From positions 46,252,001 to 46,316,000 of the forward strand of contig OX597814.1 in the NCBI GenBank assembly GCA_951406725.2: 64,000 nucleotides of DNA, given 5' to 3'. This document shows, piece by piece, positions 16,659 to 31,700 of this stretch (its first letter is position 1; every line of letters begins with the position of its first letter). The position numbers and the translations under genes were made by a program. Source of the stretch: Octopus vulgaris (Eukaryota). Below the pieces are notes generated by a model. That model was not told the DNA's origin. It made no database searches and saw only the letters and a program-made list of their open reading frames with translations.

Positions 16659-17909
16659 CAGGGGTTGGACAAAATAATGGAAACACCTTAAAATTTCAAA
16701 CAAATTTATTTTAATATGGGGTAGGACCACCTTTGGCAGTAATTACAGCTTGAATCCTATGAAGCATGGACTCATACAAAGTTTAAATTGTTTCCAAAGG
16801 GATTTTTGTTCATTCTTCAGCTGAAACAGTCTCCAGTTCTTGTAGTGATGATGGTGGAGGATATGAACTCCTTACTTGTTTTTCTAAAATGCACCATAAT
16901 TGTTCCATAATATTCAGATCTGGGTACTGTGATGGCCAGATAAGATGTTCAACTTCACTAGGATATTCCTCATGCCATTCAGTAACAACTTTAGCTGTGT
17001 GAATTGGTGCATTATCATTCTGAAAGATTGCATTTCCACAACCATAGGATGAATTTGATCAGATAAAATGTTTAAATAGTCTTGACTATTAATTCTGCCA
17101 TGAAGAGAAACCATTGGGCCAGTGGATTTCCAAGATATAGCCCCCCAGATCATCACAGATCCTCCTCCATGTTTAACAGTTGGAAGAAAGCAGTCTGGGT
17201 CAAATGCTTCTTTTGGCTGTCTCTGCACGTATACTTGGTTGGTGGTCAGAAATAAGGTACAGGATGACTCATCCAAGAAAATAACATTCTTCCACTGTTC
17301 TAGGGACCAATTCTGTAGGTTTTTACTCCACTCTAAATGCTTTGCAACATTTTTATTTGAAAGTTATGGTTTTCTGATTGCAGCCTCCCGTGAATCTGGC
17401 TTTGTGCAGCTCCCAGCAAACAGTTTTTGTGAAAACAGTTTAGTGGTCATTAAGCTCTGCAGTAATTTTGAGAGCTGTACTTTTGTGATCCTTTCTAACA
17501 ATTCATGCAAGAGCCTGACAGTCCCTATTTGAAAGTTTTGGTTTTCTTCTGGAGTTTTGTTTCGACAAGGAGGTCCTTCATTTTTTCTCAAAGGCTGTCA
17601 TTACTTTTGAGACAGTACTTCTTGATACACCAAACATTTCTGCTATTTTCATTACATTAGTGCCTGCCACACAAGCACCAACAATTTGACCTCTTTGAAA
17701 GTCCAATAGATCTGTTATTTTAATGAATTTTAATTACCTTTTTCTGATGATATCTGAAAAGAAACAGCAATTTTAGCGACACATATTAAGCAACACTAAT
17801 AATAAATAAAAAAAAACATAAAAATAAACAAGCTTTTGACGGTTTTATAGATATTTCAAAATTACAATGCTATGATGCTAGGTGTTTCCATTATTTTGTC
17901 CAACCCCTG
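16659..17909 (-). mobile_element. Full-length but defective Tc1-like transposon with DD36E spacing (Incomer-type)
   Basis: Perfect 30-bp TIRs CAGGGGTTGGACAAAATAATGGAAACACCT (16659-16688 / 17880-17909); TA on the right, CA on the left; 1251 bp. Transposase relic: DFQRGQIVGA, DESSCTLF, PTVKHGGGSVMIWGAI, FQNDNAPIH...PDLNIME with 36 residues between the second D and E. Confidence 0.92.
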
Positions 17910-18099
17910 TATATACTGCAGTAAATTTGCCTATCCCAGTGTATTACCATTAAGTATAATACACAATGGTTATTTTTTTATCTAATACCGTTTCTGTTGC
18001 ATGTACTGGATTATTATTCAACTGGGCAGTTATTTGCAACATCAGTGACTGTTTATTCACTGTTTTCCTATTTGAGCAATGACATGCTACTAACAAAGG

Positions 18100-18300
18100 A
18101 TGAGTATTAGGGAAAGCTGTTGGGAAAGGCCTAACAAGGGCAGATTGGGTGTAAACCTAATTTTTGTTAAGACAGGTTTTTTTTAGTATAGCGTATCACG
18201 AGGCTCAACATCATGAGATTTGCTTACACTACTTCATCCCACATCTTTCTGGATTTCCTTCCACAAGTTCCATCTATATTAGCAGTTAGCATTGCTTAAT
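18100..18300 (-). mobile_element. RTE LINE 3'-end fragment, related to 19100-19300
   Basis: Near-duplicate of 19100-19300; minus strand CGRKSRKMW resembles the RGRPRKTW motif. Confidence 0.6.
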
Positions 18301-19099
18301 AGTGAATACCAGTTTGCAGGCAAGATAAAGGAAACAGGAGTTATCCAAGGAGTAGAAGTAGGGGATAAGTGACAGTATAAAAGAAATGAGTCTAGCAATC
18401 TCACAGTTGCTACTAGGACAGTTTTCATCTGTCTAATATATATGTACTGTGTTTTTAAACACTGCATATACATATGAGATATTATCTCAGAACAAATACT
18501 GCATTTAATTTTCCTATCATGAACTATTAACATTAAATATGGTATACAAATGGCTTTTTTAATCTAATACTGGTTCTGTTGCATATAAGATATATAATTG
18601 TATATACCTTGATACTGTGTGCTATATATATATATATCTATGAATCAAAGAAGCTGGTTGTGTTTTTTCACATCCATGGAACTTTAATTAATATGAAGAG
18701 TCATATTAACATGTTACTTAATATATACAACTCTACAACTCCTGCTATATGTGCCGAGTGGTACTTACATGTGTGTGCATAGGTCGATGAAGAATAGGAA
18801 GATGATGTGCAGTGTAGGGGGCATGAGAAATATGCACATTAACAGAGATGGAGGTCAGAGGAATGTAGGGGTAGAAATAGTGAGTGACAAAAGGGGATAT
18901 GAACGACAGACATGACAGGGAGTTCAGGGGAAAAGAACCTTCAATGGAAAATAAGGTGGTAAGAAATGATATTGAAAGTGTGAGATGGGTGAGAAAAGAA
19001 AATAATTGCAGGGAGAGAAATAACTGATTGCACAGAAAAAGATCATATTATTATAGCCCCTAGGTGAGAAATGCCATAGTTAGAAGAGTGATAAAAGGA

Positions 19100-19960
19100 T
19101 GAGTATAAGGGAGATTGAGCTGTTGAGAAAGGCCTGACAGGGGCAGATTGGGTGTAGACCTAATTTTTGTTGAGACAGGTTATTTTGAGCACAGCATATC
19201 ATCTTAGTCTTTTGTCTCTCCTGTATGAGGATTTCATTACAATACTTCATCCCACATCTTTCTGGATTTCCTTCCACAAGTTCCATCCATATTAGCAGTT
19301 GGCATTTTTTATGCAGTTGTCCTCAACCACATGCTCCATGTGCCCATACCAGCACAGTCCTCTCTTTTTGATACTACATCTGATATTTCATATGCCTAAT
19401 TTTTCTCACAACCCATTTGCACTTTGTCATTCATGCACACTGATTTTGTACATCCAACAAAGCATGCTAGCTTAATTTCTTTCTAGCCTTCATATATCCT
19501 GTTTTCATTGCCCACATTTCATTAACATATAGCCTTGCTGTTTTTACACCAGCATCATGCAATTTGCCTTTCACTTTGAGAGAGAGGCCTTTTGTTACCA
19601 ACTGAGGTAGTAATCCCCTGATCTTTCTTCAACTTGTTCTTATTCTAGCATCTATACTTTCAGAATATCCCCCTCCCCTGCTAATTATGTCACTTAGGTG
19701 AGATAAACTATATACTACCTCTAAGGATCATCTTGAACATTTGAGAAAGTATATATTTCATGTGTGCTTAGTGTTTATTGCTTTCATGCATATTCCATAA
19801 AGTTTACTTTTTCTGTTAACATTTTTGTGATTCCACTGCTCCTTTTATGTGTACTTAATTTTCACTGGATACACCTTATGGAAATTCTACCTACAACTTT
19901 TCTACATACCAAACAGAGTCATTTACTTGATGAGATTAGCATCCATATCTATTATGTGTG
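19100..19960 (-). mobile_element. RTE-clade LINE 3' fragment
   Basis: Minus strand LPQLVTKGLSLKVKGKLHDAGVKTARLY, then an LCWYGH-like motif and the 3' tail. Confidence 0.75.
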
Positions 19961-20079
19961 ACAGAAGCAGTATTAGTTTAAAATTGCAAATCCATCAAAA
20001 TCCATCAAAACAAGTGAAATTAACTATGATATTCAACTTGAGCTGAATCTTTGTATCTCTTATGTACACACCATGACAA

Positions 20080-20298
20080 CCCTTTAGCATTTAGACTAGA
20101 CCTATCCTGCCAAAATATTATAACTGTTTTATGTTCAAAATGGCCAGATTCAGCCTTTCATACCTGTTCTACAATGTCATTCGAAAAGTAGACAATAACA
20201 TCATCAAATCTCAAAACAATGAAGTGATAAATGATTAGTTGAAAATAATTTGGGTAAATAAAAGTTAAATTTGAATGAGTAATCTGAATATGAAAAGG
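20080..20298. mobile_element. piggyBac-type MITE, older copy
   Basis: Starts CCCTTTAGCATTTA, ends ...AAAAGG|TTAA; interior homologous to 38119-38327. Confidence 0.65.
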
Positions 20299-20569
20299 TT
20301 AAATAACACAGATATAACAATGACAGACAAAAATTGTCCAGCAGCTAGTTGTGCATTTCTGCCTTTTGGGCTTTTCTCAGTAGCATGTATTCATTAGCAG
20401 CCATATACTAAGACAAATTTCATTGTCACTGGTATAGTAAAGCAGTTATTGAAAAATGACATGTGAGTGTCTGCATGCATGCGCGTGCGCACGCACACAC
20501 ACATACAAAAGTAGAAAAATATTAAAACAAAGTTTCAGATGAATGTAAAGATGATATTACCTTGTAGGT

Positions 20570-21530
20570 TGGAAATAATAATCTAAGGGTTTTGAGTGGG
20601 AGTTACAGGATGTAAGTCATTAGTCAGAATGACTTTTTGGTGGGATTCTATAATTTCAACATATATTTGAAGAAACATCTCCATGGTCCTGGCTCATTTG
20701 AGCAGGTTTTCCGATAATCTCTAGAGGAATAGTTTACAATATTCTTGCTTCTCTATGGTGCACGAAGAACATCTTGTACTATTGATATATTGCCTGCTTT
20801 ACCCTCTAATTCCCTGCTGAATTCTATAGTCCTTGTTGTTCTATTCAAGTTACCAAATACACTTTGATAAAGTTGTGTATATCGTATCCTCTTCATCTTT
20901 GAAGGAGAGAATATAATCAGCTTTTTTCTCCCCTTCAGTCATTCTGGCATAATTTTTGATTTCTATTATTCCAATGTTTTTAGTACTGGCTTCCACTTTA
21001 CTTGCTGCTGCTTTAAGGTAGCTAACTTGAATAAGCAGGCATTCTTTTGTTCCTGCATGGGATACTTATCAGCTGTAGATGTTTTAAGCTTGATGTCAAA
21101 ATATTTTTAATATTACTTTCAGTCTAGTATTTTCCACTGAAGATAGATTTATAATGGTGGTTGCTTGCAAAGTGTATGTATGTTAAATTACAGGAACAAT
21201 TTTCCTATAGTAGAGACAAGAGGAGTAAGCCAGATAATTTAGTAGGGTATATTTTTGGACCTGGGGATAGGTGTATTATGAATTGTCTTTCAAACAACTT
21301 TTGGATAGGTGGCAAATTGTTTTAGTCCTAGTAGTCTTAAATAGTTTTATGTTTTGGTACATTAATCTAGGGCAAAATGTTAGAAATTTGTTGAATTTAG
21401 GTTTGACACTTAATCTATTTGCTTGTAGTTACTAATAAGCTCTTTCTTAAAATACTTAAGGTGTGTTTGTTGGCATTAGTGGATACAACTAACTTACTAT
21501 TTCAACAAATACCAAAAAAGGTTAAGTTCT
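20570..21530 (-). mobile_element. Highly decayed Penelope-like RT remnant
   Basis: Fragmentary minus-strand motifs resembling YxLPKxHK..PIPGRP and GTRMAPxY. Confidence 0.4.
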
Positions 21531-21703
21531 TCCAGCAAGATATCTAGCTGTTCAAAATAAGAAAGAATTGAGATTCTTGTCCTTTGAATGGAATATTTTA
21601 TTCACCTTAATTAGGTACTTGTACATGTCCTCTATCATATGCAAGCACTCACTAATACATTCATAGATACATACCTACATACATTTATATAAACATACAT
21701 ATT

Positions 21704-21762
<59 letters not shown>

Positions 21763-21829
21763 ATCAACATTTATGTATGTGGGTGTGTGTGTATGTATGC
21801 TAGTGTCATCATTATTATCATCATCATCA

Positions 21830-22560
21830 TTTTAATATCCTCTTTTCCATGCTTGCATGAGTCAGATGCAATTTATTGAGGCAGATTTTCTAAAGACAGA
21901 TGCCCTATCTATTAGCAAACCTCACCTATTCCCAAGCAAGATAATATTTATCCATGGTCAGACATGTTTTTTGCAAAATATTGGCAATGAATATCACCTC
22001 TTCTATGAACTGAGAAGCATTTAGAAGTATTCTACGATGTGAAGGCAAGACAACACAAACATTCACATGTGCACACGCACACACATGCACACACATGCAC
22101 AAACACTCATGTGTGCATGCACACACACACACATTGGGTTTCTTTCAGTTTACCAAATCCACTTGCAAGGTCAAGGACTTGATCAGCCCAAAACTATAGT
22201 AGAAGTCACTTGCCCAAGGTACCATGCGGTGGGTCTGAACCTGAAACCACTCGGATAGAAAGTAAACTCATAACTGCACAGTCATGCCTATGTGTTTTAT
22301 AAATATATAACATCATCATCATTTAAAATCAGTTTTCCATGCGGGCATGGGCTGGATGGTTTGACATGGAGCTGGCCAACCAAGGAGCAGTCCAGGCTCC
22401 ATTTGTCTGTTGTGGCATGATTTCTATAGCTGGATGCCCTTCCTACACCAACCACTTACAGAGGGTATTGGGTGCTCTTTATGTACCACTGGCATGGTTG
22501 TGTTCATGCAGCACCAGCAGGAGTGCATTTTATGTGGCACCAGCACCTGTAAAGGACAAG
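21830..22560. mobile_element. Cluster of SINE-like interspersed repeats
   Basis: (CAT)n-led repeats with ttttccatgc..gcatgg and ggatgcccttcct motifs, recurring at 32150-32560, 40385-40555, 51350-51480, 54540-54690 and inverted at ~25330-25410 and ~59270-59410. Confidence 0.7.
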
Positions 22561-22699
22561 CTTGTATGTATGGATGACAGCGATTTCAATTAGCTTGGCA
22601 CATCTTCTCAAGTATGGCAAATTGCCACAAATCCCAGCCCCTTGTCATTTCCTCAGTGAGGCTCAGTGTCTGAAGATCCTTTCTCACCACTTTATCCTA

Positions 22700-23075
22700 C
22701 GACTTCCTGGGTCTACCCTTTCCACAGGTTCCCTCCACAATTAGAGCTCAGCAATTCCTTATGCATTACATATCACATGATCAAACTAATGCAGTCTTCT
22801 CTCTTGCACACAGCATCTGATGTCTCTTATACCTAGTTTTCCTCTTAAATCATTTACACTCTTTTGTGCATGCACACAGACATTATCCATCCAGGAGAGC
22901 ATGCTAGCTTCATTTTTTTCAAGCTGTCAGAAGTCTTCTGTAGTCAAAGCCCATATTTTACTGCCATGAAGAATGGCTGTACATACACGGGCATCATACA
23001 ATCTACTTTTCACTCTCTGAGGGAGAGGCTCTTAGTTACCCACAAAGGTAGATGTTCTCTGAACTTTGCCCAGCC
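22700..23075 (-). mobile_element. RTE LINE 3' fragment
   Basis: GWAKFREHLPLWVTKSLSLR on the minus strand; same family as 19100-19960. Confidence 0.7.
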
Positions 23076-23305
23076 ATATGTATATAGACACACATGCATG
23101 TGTGTATATATATAAACATATATGTGTATGTGTGTATATATGTGTGTGTTTATATATGTATGTGTGTGTATGCATATATATATATGTATGTGTGTATGTA
23201 TGTATATGTGTGTGTGTGTGTGTGTGTATATATGCATGTGTGTATATACATATGTGTGTAAAGGACATGCCTAGATGTATGGATGAATACAATGTTACTT
23301 ACACA

Positions 23306-23336
<31 letters not shown>

Positions 23337-23959
23337 TTGTGTGTGCTAAACGCTCCTCCTTGTCAGAAAAGTGCCATCCATTCATTGAGCTTTGCACAAT
23401 CATATGCACCCAAGTGGCTCTTCAGTTCAGCTTCCATTCTGCAAGCATGTTGAAACACTTGAACTCCTGACACTGTCTGTCTCCTGACATCACTTGCTGA
23501 GTTGTGGCTTCATGTATTTTACCAAGCCTGGTCGAGCTGTCAACTGACTAATTTAGCCACTTTCATTACAAATGTGCCCTGGAGGATGTGGCAGCAGAAC
23601 CATCTCACAAACTGCTCAGAAGAGATATAAATAGTGGGGATAATGTATTTGAGGCAGAAAAACTGGGAGAATAAGTGGGTAAAAGTCGTAGGAGTGTACA
23701 GGAACGAGAGATGAGGAATAGATGAGGAGGTCGACATAATGAATGAAGAACAAGCATTGAGTGAATGATCAATAGAGTCGCTAGGGAAGCATAAGTGACA
23801 ACTATACTAATCAGATAGGGTTGAGGGATGGGTACAGTGAATGGTGGATAAGGTTTGGGGTGTGGCCAATGATGCATAGGAGTGAAGATTAGTTGAATGG
23901 TAAGGATATTTCACACACACACACACCACACCACACATGTCTATAAAGCAAGTTTACAC

Positions 23960-24680
23960 CTCTTGGCAATATGACCATGATTTCTTTAAGATCTGTCATG
24001 AGATGAATATCTGGTCAGCAGTGTTGCATTCAGGATAGAAGCCACACTGTTCTTCAGTTACCTTGAACTTGACAATTTCTTTTCATCTCTTTTCCAGACA
24101 CCTAGCATAGACTTTCCCAAGGAGGCTCAACAAAGAGATTCTTCTGTAATTAGAGCACTCTCCCTTGTCTCCCTTTTTAAAAATTGAGACTTTAACTCCA
24201 GATTGCCATTACTTTCCAGTAGTCTCAGTCACCTGGCATACATGAATCAACCAGAAAATAATTTCTTTATTCAAGGCCACCAGACCCACATATGTCCACC
24301 AGGAGATTTTGTTATGACTGGATTTATGAGATCAGCACAGTATTCTTTCTACCTCCCATGTAATCTCTTTTCTTTGGGGAGGAAAGCTCCAGCTGAGTTC
24401 TTAATGTGGAAGAGGGCTCCTCTTTACATGAACATCTTGTACAAAATCAAAATGGTCCTAGACACTAGCAAAATCTATCAGTGACCTCTGTGCCAAAGTA
24501 TCCCTGCACCAAGTATACTTATGGATGTCGTTATGTTGAAAGAAGGTGTTCATAAGAGAGAGCTCATTTCCTGCACAGAACTCTAGTAAGGCCTTGTTAT
24601 TTATATTGAGTTCACAGTTGCCATTTCTCCCAATCACCCCTTTCCATGCCCAGTGATCATCTGCAATGGAATGTTGCATG
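23960..24680 (-). mobile_element. RTE LINE fragments (APE endonuclease and RT start, internally deleted)
   Basis: WKGVIGRNGNCELNINNKALLEFCAGNELSLMNTFFQH..IHKYTW...SLIDF, and SNYRRISLLSLLGKVYARCLE...EEQCGF. Confidence 0.85.
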
Positions 24681-25497
24681 ATTACTCATATGGATTCCCA
24701 GATCATGCACGGATTCTGACTCTGGGATAGCACTGCCCCTTGGTCCTGATAATAGTTTTTACTCACCTCTGTGTTGTTAAATAAATTATGTAACAACTAC
24801 CAAACAAGTTGAATGACACTTTCTTTTGTTTGTTCACTTGCGTATTTACATGTATGTGTGTGTGTGTATGTACATACATGCACACACACATACAAATCCA
24901 ACTCATTTGTTACCATCTCCCATTCCTGCTTTGAATCTTGTTCTTCATTAAGAATATTTGTACCCCCTACCCTATCACTTATCATCCCTCACTTTCACTA
25001 TACATTCTTGTTATGACTCTCCAATCTCCCTTCCTGTTCTTCCACCAGTGCTTATCCTGATATCTTGTACTCACTCTTGTATAGTGTGAGCAGCCATATA
25101 TCACCTTTACACCATAATACCTGTTCCAGCTCCTTCTTTTGTACACTAGCCTTTCATCACCTTGCATAAAGCCATCTCCTCTTTATTGTAGCTGTGTTCA
25201 TTTGGTGGGGATTTTAGTCTTGTGAGTTACGTTGCAGCCTCAGTACTGCTTGTGCTACGAAAAGCACCCTGTTCACTCTGTAAAGTGATTAGCTTTTGGA
25301 AGAGCATCCATCTATATAAGCCATGTCAGTGCAGACATTGAATCATGAGGCAATAAAACCATCCAACCCATGCCAGCATGGGAGTCAGATATTAAAAGAT
25401 GGTGGTGATGATAATGTTTATGTAATATAAATGTGTGTGTATGTGAGAAAGTGTGTATGTATGTGTATATGTTTAATATGTGAGTGTATTGTGTGTG

Positions 25498-26304
<807 letters not shown>

Positions 26305-26416
26305 CAGTAGTACCTTGGTTTTTGAACAACTCTGATCTCAAAACAAATCTTGCTTTATAGATATAGATATATAATTTATTCATGATCAGAGGCATTCGTA
26401 AACTGAGGTACTTCTA
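26305..26416. mobile_element. Possible tiny pogo/Tigger-type MITE
   Basis: TA|CAGTAGTACCTTGGTTT...AAACTGAGGTACTTCTA imperfect TIRs. Confidence 0.45.
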
Positions 26417-28075
26417 TATAAATGAATATGAGAAAGACAGGAGATAAAGTATGATTTATTTGTGATCCAAGAAAACCAAGTTTCTTCTGTATATATTAAA
26501 AATAGGGAAGGTCGGTTTATATATAATATACATGTGATATGTTTATAAATTTATCATCATCACCATTTCATGTCTGCCTTCCAGCTGACCACTTCTTTTG
26601 TTTTGCCTCACTAAATATATTCATTTAGAACATTGGTTTTGTATATTAATTTTTCTAATTTGTAAGTAACATTGTTTATGATTATGATAAAAACAGGAAA
26701 TATATGGTGCAACCTATATTCCTAAATGTCTTAACTCTACTATTAATTTTCCAAATTAAGAATTTCTTCAATCATTTTTTAGATATTAGGAGTGGGGGGG
26801 GGGTATGCTATCCTCAAATATTTCATAATTTTTGTTTCTTTTTCTATGTTATATTTACAGTTAGGAATGAGATTTGAGGGAAATTTGTGAAAATCATTAT
26901 TGTTAAGGCTATCATTAATTAAAGAGTACAATGTTAATATTTCATTTTTATATATATCTGAATTCTCAAGTAAAGATCTTATATGTTTGTATTGATATTT
27001 AATTCAGGAAATGTATGTTTGTTGTTGGAATGCTGTTAAGTTGAATTTAAAATAATTATGAAAAGTCTGGTATAGCTTTTTGCTTCTATCTCTCTATCTC
27101 ATTTATGTTTATGCATGAATTTATAAAACTGTATTTATTTGTCAGGTTTTCTTTTGTGATTATTGCCATTGAAGGGTTAAATTACTTTTCCATTTCTTTT
27201 TGTACTTTACATCACTTTATATTTACCTTAGCCTTTTTACTTCCATCTTCTAAAACAACTATGAGCAGCATGCTTGTTCATGTTAGGTAATATTTAAGAG
27301 GAACTTCATTGCATTTTGGGATACTTTGTCTTTATCTTTTCAGTGTTACTTGTTATGCTACTTTTTAAGAAGAGTTGAATATTAATCACATCAATATTTC
27401 ATGTTTATATATTCCTTGTCAAATTTATTTATAATCATTTTTGTCTTCTATCTTCAATCTCTATGCTTTTGGTTTATTCTATCCTTCATATTTGAAGCAT
27501 TTTCTTACTGCATTTTAAAACATTTTATCAAGTCAATATTTACAGCTTAAAATGGAAAGTAATAATTTTATGAAATGATATTTCTCAGATTATATATTTC
27601 AAAATTTTTAAACATCTAGCTAATGTTGACAAAGAATAATGATATGCTTATTCATAACTCTTATCTTTCTTATCAGCTACATAATTTTAACATTATTTTC
27701 AGATATCTAAACATTTTATAAATCTTGTATTATTGTATTTCAATGGCATCAAAAATTCTGATTATTTGAAGAAAAGTAGTATCTAGTTGTAGTTATTCTA
27801 GTGTTAAAGGTATTGTCACATATATCTTAATTAGCAGTTCTTTTATGCACTTCACATTTTCACCTTCTTTCATTCTCTATCTGTCACTACACACCAAATC
27901 ATATATCCACATGCATGCATAAAATCTGTACTTGTCAATTTGTATTTTTGTTTGTTTTTTTTTTATATAAGAGTAGTTGCCAAATTTGAAAATTTGTTCA
28001 ATCAGTTCTTTATTGAATCAGATAGTTATTATACAATTAAGTTTTTCTCATTATATACATACATATATGTATGTA

Positions 28076-28131
<56 letters not shown>

Positions 28132-28141
28132 AATATACATA

Positions 28142-28959
28142 CATGATCTGATCAATAAGTATCTGGACCATGCCGTTGCCATAGTAACAAAGCTAAAGCA
28201 TGCAGAGTGAAGCCACCTGACACAGATTGACCTTGAACATTCTAACTCACTTCCACTGTTTACAGGAGTGCTTAAAAGGAAGTTGTGTAGTGTTTGATCA
28301 TTGCATTGACATTGACAGAAAGTTGGTGATACCTGCTCAGAGGCCTATGCAAAGTTTTCAAAAAGTTTACATTTTTCTCAACACAACCAAAGAGATCGTG
28401 TGCAACTGAGTGTCTTTTTGGTCAGCTGAAAATAGTTTTGGCACAAATTTTGCAGACATGCATCTCATACCCAAATCGTCAGTGATGATGGACTGAACCA
28501 TAACTAATCTCCACATCCTCTGATAACTCATGGATGGTCATTTGATGATTTCTCCTCACAGATGCATGCACATCAGTAACGTTTTCCTCATTTCTGCTGG
28601 TTGCAGGTTTCCCAGAAAGTTCGTCAATACAGACATTTTTTTTGTCCATTTAGAAAATGTCTGAAACACTGATACACTTCTGTATGACTCATACACTCAT
28701 CTCCATACACTTTCTGCAACTTTGCGTAGTTCTCTGAACAGGTATTGACATGACAACTTTCTCTATCATAGTGAATGCAAAAATCACATACTACACACCT
28801 TCTTACCAAGCACTGCTGTAAACAGCAGAAGTGAGCTACAGACTTAAAACTTTCTACACATGCACAAGAGTACAAGTTCAATTTTCGCCAAGCAGCTTTA
28901 CTCTGTGTGCTTTAGCTCCATTACTATGGCAACAGTCCGGATATTTATTGATCAGACTT

Positions 28960-28961
<2 letters not shown>
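28142..28961 (-). mobile_element. Non-autonomous mariner derivative with ~230-bp diverged inverted ends
   Basis: TCTGATCAATAAGTATCTGGAC at left and its complement at right. The interior minus strand encodes only the transposase N-terminus (LQKVYGDECMSHTEVYQCFRHF...MTIHELSE...SAKFVPKL). Confidence 0.8.
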
Positions 28962-29012
<51 letters not shown>

Positions 29013-29134
29013 ATACATATATATACATGTATGTATATATATTTATATGTATACATATATATATATTTAACATATATTTACACACACACATATACAGATT
29101 TGTGTGTGTGTGTGTGTCTATATTTTTATATATA

Positions 29135-29180
<46 letters not shown>

Positions 29181-29462
29181 AATATAAATTTGTATATATA
29201 TATATATATATATACATATATGTATATATATATGTATATATATATATACATATATTTATATACATATATGTATATATATGTATATACATACATATCTGTA
29301 TATATGTGTGTGTCTGTATATATATATATATACATATGAATATCTGTATATATCTGTATATATGTGTGTGTGTGTATATATATGCATATATGTATGTATA
29401 TATATATGTATATATATTTGTATGTATATATATATATGTATATATATATAAAAACATATATG

Positions 29463-29520
<58 letters not shown>
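28962..29520. repeat. Compound (TA)/(TG) microsatellite
   Basis: Direct inspection. Confidence 0.95.
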
Positions 29521-30199
29521 TGCAGTTATTAACTGACTTGTAATAAATTACTCATTCTTTTGATTTAGCCTATAAAATTACTATATACAGCATTTCTTTA
29601 ATTATCATGCAATTTTGCTCTTGATATAATTTTATTGTCTAATTAAGTACCTATCTATATTTCTAAAGTAAATAGAAAATAAGTTTCTGCTGCCTTACAC
29701 TTGCATAAATAGGATACCAATGAATGTTTTTATTCATATTAAATTAGATGATTAGAAAGATCAATTCTATTTCATTTATTTAACATGTAAATATTTTTGG
29801 TTGGTTTTTTTTTTTTTTTTTACATTTGCTAAGATAGAAATATATTATAGGAACTTTTAAATAAAAATTTATTTTTTATTATGACATTAAAATCCATATC
29901 ATGGTATTGTTATTTGCCAATTATGGATTTGTAAAGAGCAAAAGTTAATTTAATTCAGTTAAAACTTCCTATCATCCTTGTCAAAACTGCAGTGTATATT
30001 ATAAAATTATTAATGAATTTTATAATGAAATCAAATCGAATAGTACAACTAGAGTATTTTACCACAAAGATCTTCCTTGTAAATTAACTCTACTTTCATA
30101 AAATGGAAATTAAATTTTCACTAAAATATATTTTTTAATCAGTTTCATATCATGAAGACTATATCTGAAATGTGGTATTTCTTCTAAATATGATAAAAT

Positions 30200-30334
30200 C
30201 ATTATTATTACTATTATTATTATTATTATTGCTGTTGTTGATGTTGTTGTTGTTGTAATATATTATTACTACTACTAGTGCTGCTGCTACTACTATTACT
30301 ATTATTACTACTACTATTACTATTATTATTACTC

Positions 30335-30374
<40 letters not shown>
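30200..30374. repeat. (ATT)/(ACT)/(GTT) trinucleotide microsatellite
   Basis: Direct inspection. Confidence 0.95.
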
Positions 30375-30727
30375 GAATAATGTTTTTAGAAAAATTTAAG
30401 GTCAATAAAAATAAACATATTCACCTTACAGTCTTAATATTTGAAAATTAAACTATTTTTAAATGAAATAAATAATTAACGTCATTCATTTTTCAAAACA
30501 AAAAATAGATTGCATTACTTCAGTTTTTCCCATTATATATGTGATTTCAACATATGGTTCAAAAATTGTTGCTTGTTATTCAGTAAATTACTTAAAGTGT
30601 ATTCTTTCTGTAAATTCATATCCTTTAGTTAGTTTGTTGTTTGTAAATTATCTTTTCTGAATTATAATCTCTAATAATTTTTTTTTAAATCTGTTTTCTA
30701 ACGTCCTAAATATTACTGCCATTTTAG

Positions 30728-30884
30728 GCATTTGCCTGGTTCAGTGACTTGCTGGTTGAACACACAGAATTATTCTGGTCACTTTTTGCTGTAGACATGG
30801 ATGCAGCATTAGAAATGCAAGCACCAGACACCTGGGACAGTTTCCCTCTGTTCCAGTTGTTAAATGATTACTTAAGAAATGACG
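30728..30884 (+). CDS. CADPS: Internal coding exon of calcium-dependent secretion activator (CAPS/CADPS/unc-31), region preceding/entering MHD1
   Basis: attttag|GCATTT...GACG|gtaggt; 157 nt, phase 0 to 1. Translates [52 protein letters not shown], recognisably the CAPS segment AFAWxSDLxVEH...[25 protein letters not shown]. Confidence 0.96.
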
Positions 30885-31184
30885 GTAGGTCTTTATTTAT
30901 TTATTAATATAATATTCTACCATAGCAAATATTTGATTTTTTTTAGAAATGTATTTGATATTATATGAATATATGCAACAGACAAGTCATCAAAAGTTTA
31001 GACAGTTGCTAGACCTGTCTGAATATTTATATTTAGGTAATGGAAATTATCATTAGATAATGTATTATTTTTGATAAATCCAGTTTTGATAAAATTATAA
31101 ATGGTTACAAGTATTTTTGGTTTTTATATGTACATAGTTAGTTTTCATACATGCATATATATGTTATTAGGAATAAGGATAGAC

Positions 31185-31700
31185 CATGACTACTGGAGTT
31201 CTGTGAAGCAAATGACCTAACCATCTACAACACTAATTTAAGGAAACCAGCCAACCACCTTTTTACCTACTTGTCAAACACACAAGCCAAGTAGACTACA
31301 TACTTACCAAAAAATACACCAAACTGCTGGTTCAGATTACCAAGACATTAAACAATGTACCACTCAATGTAGTCTAGGACAAGAGCTAGACAGTCTCATT
31401 GGCAAGACAATCTGGCAAAGGAAGATATAGAAGCTAAAAGACCTTGTGGCAACATATAATTTCAGTGATGTACATGTTGGTACAATGAGAATGAAGAGGA
31501 GATAGAGACATACAACATAGAAGACAACTAGGAGTTCCTACATGTCTACTTGCTGTGGGCCTGATCTTTGCTTGAGAAGGATTTCAGGCTGATAGAAAGA
31601 AATGTGCTAGTAAAAGAAACCAGTAGGGGCAAAGAACAGTATAAAATTTATAGAGAATAAGGTAGATACCAGTATACTTTGCAAAAGTTTCAGTTAAAAG
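31185..31700 (+). mobile_element. RTE LINE endonuclease-region remnant
   Basis: LLEFCEANDLTIYNTNLRKPANHLFTY...QVDYILT. Confidence 0.7.

Noticed and set aside
27269-27292. cag-18 nt-gtaata candidate exon or AG|GT recursive splice site (similar AG|GT at ~31036 and ~54068)
   Set aside because: Ends in TAG in the required phase; the AG|GT motifs are weak and expected by chance.
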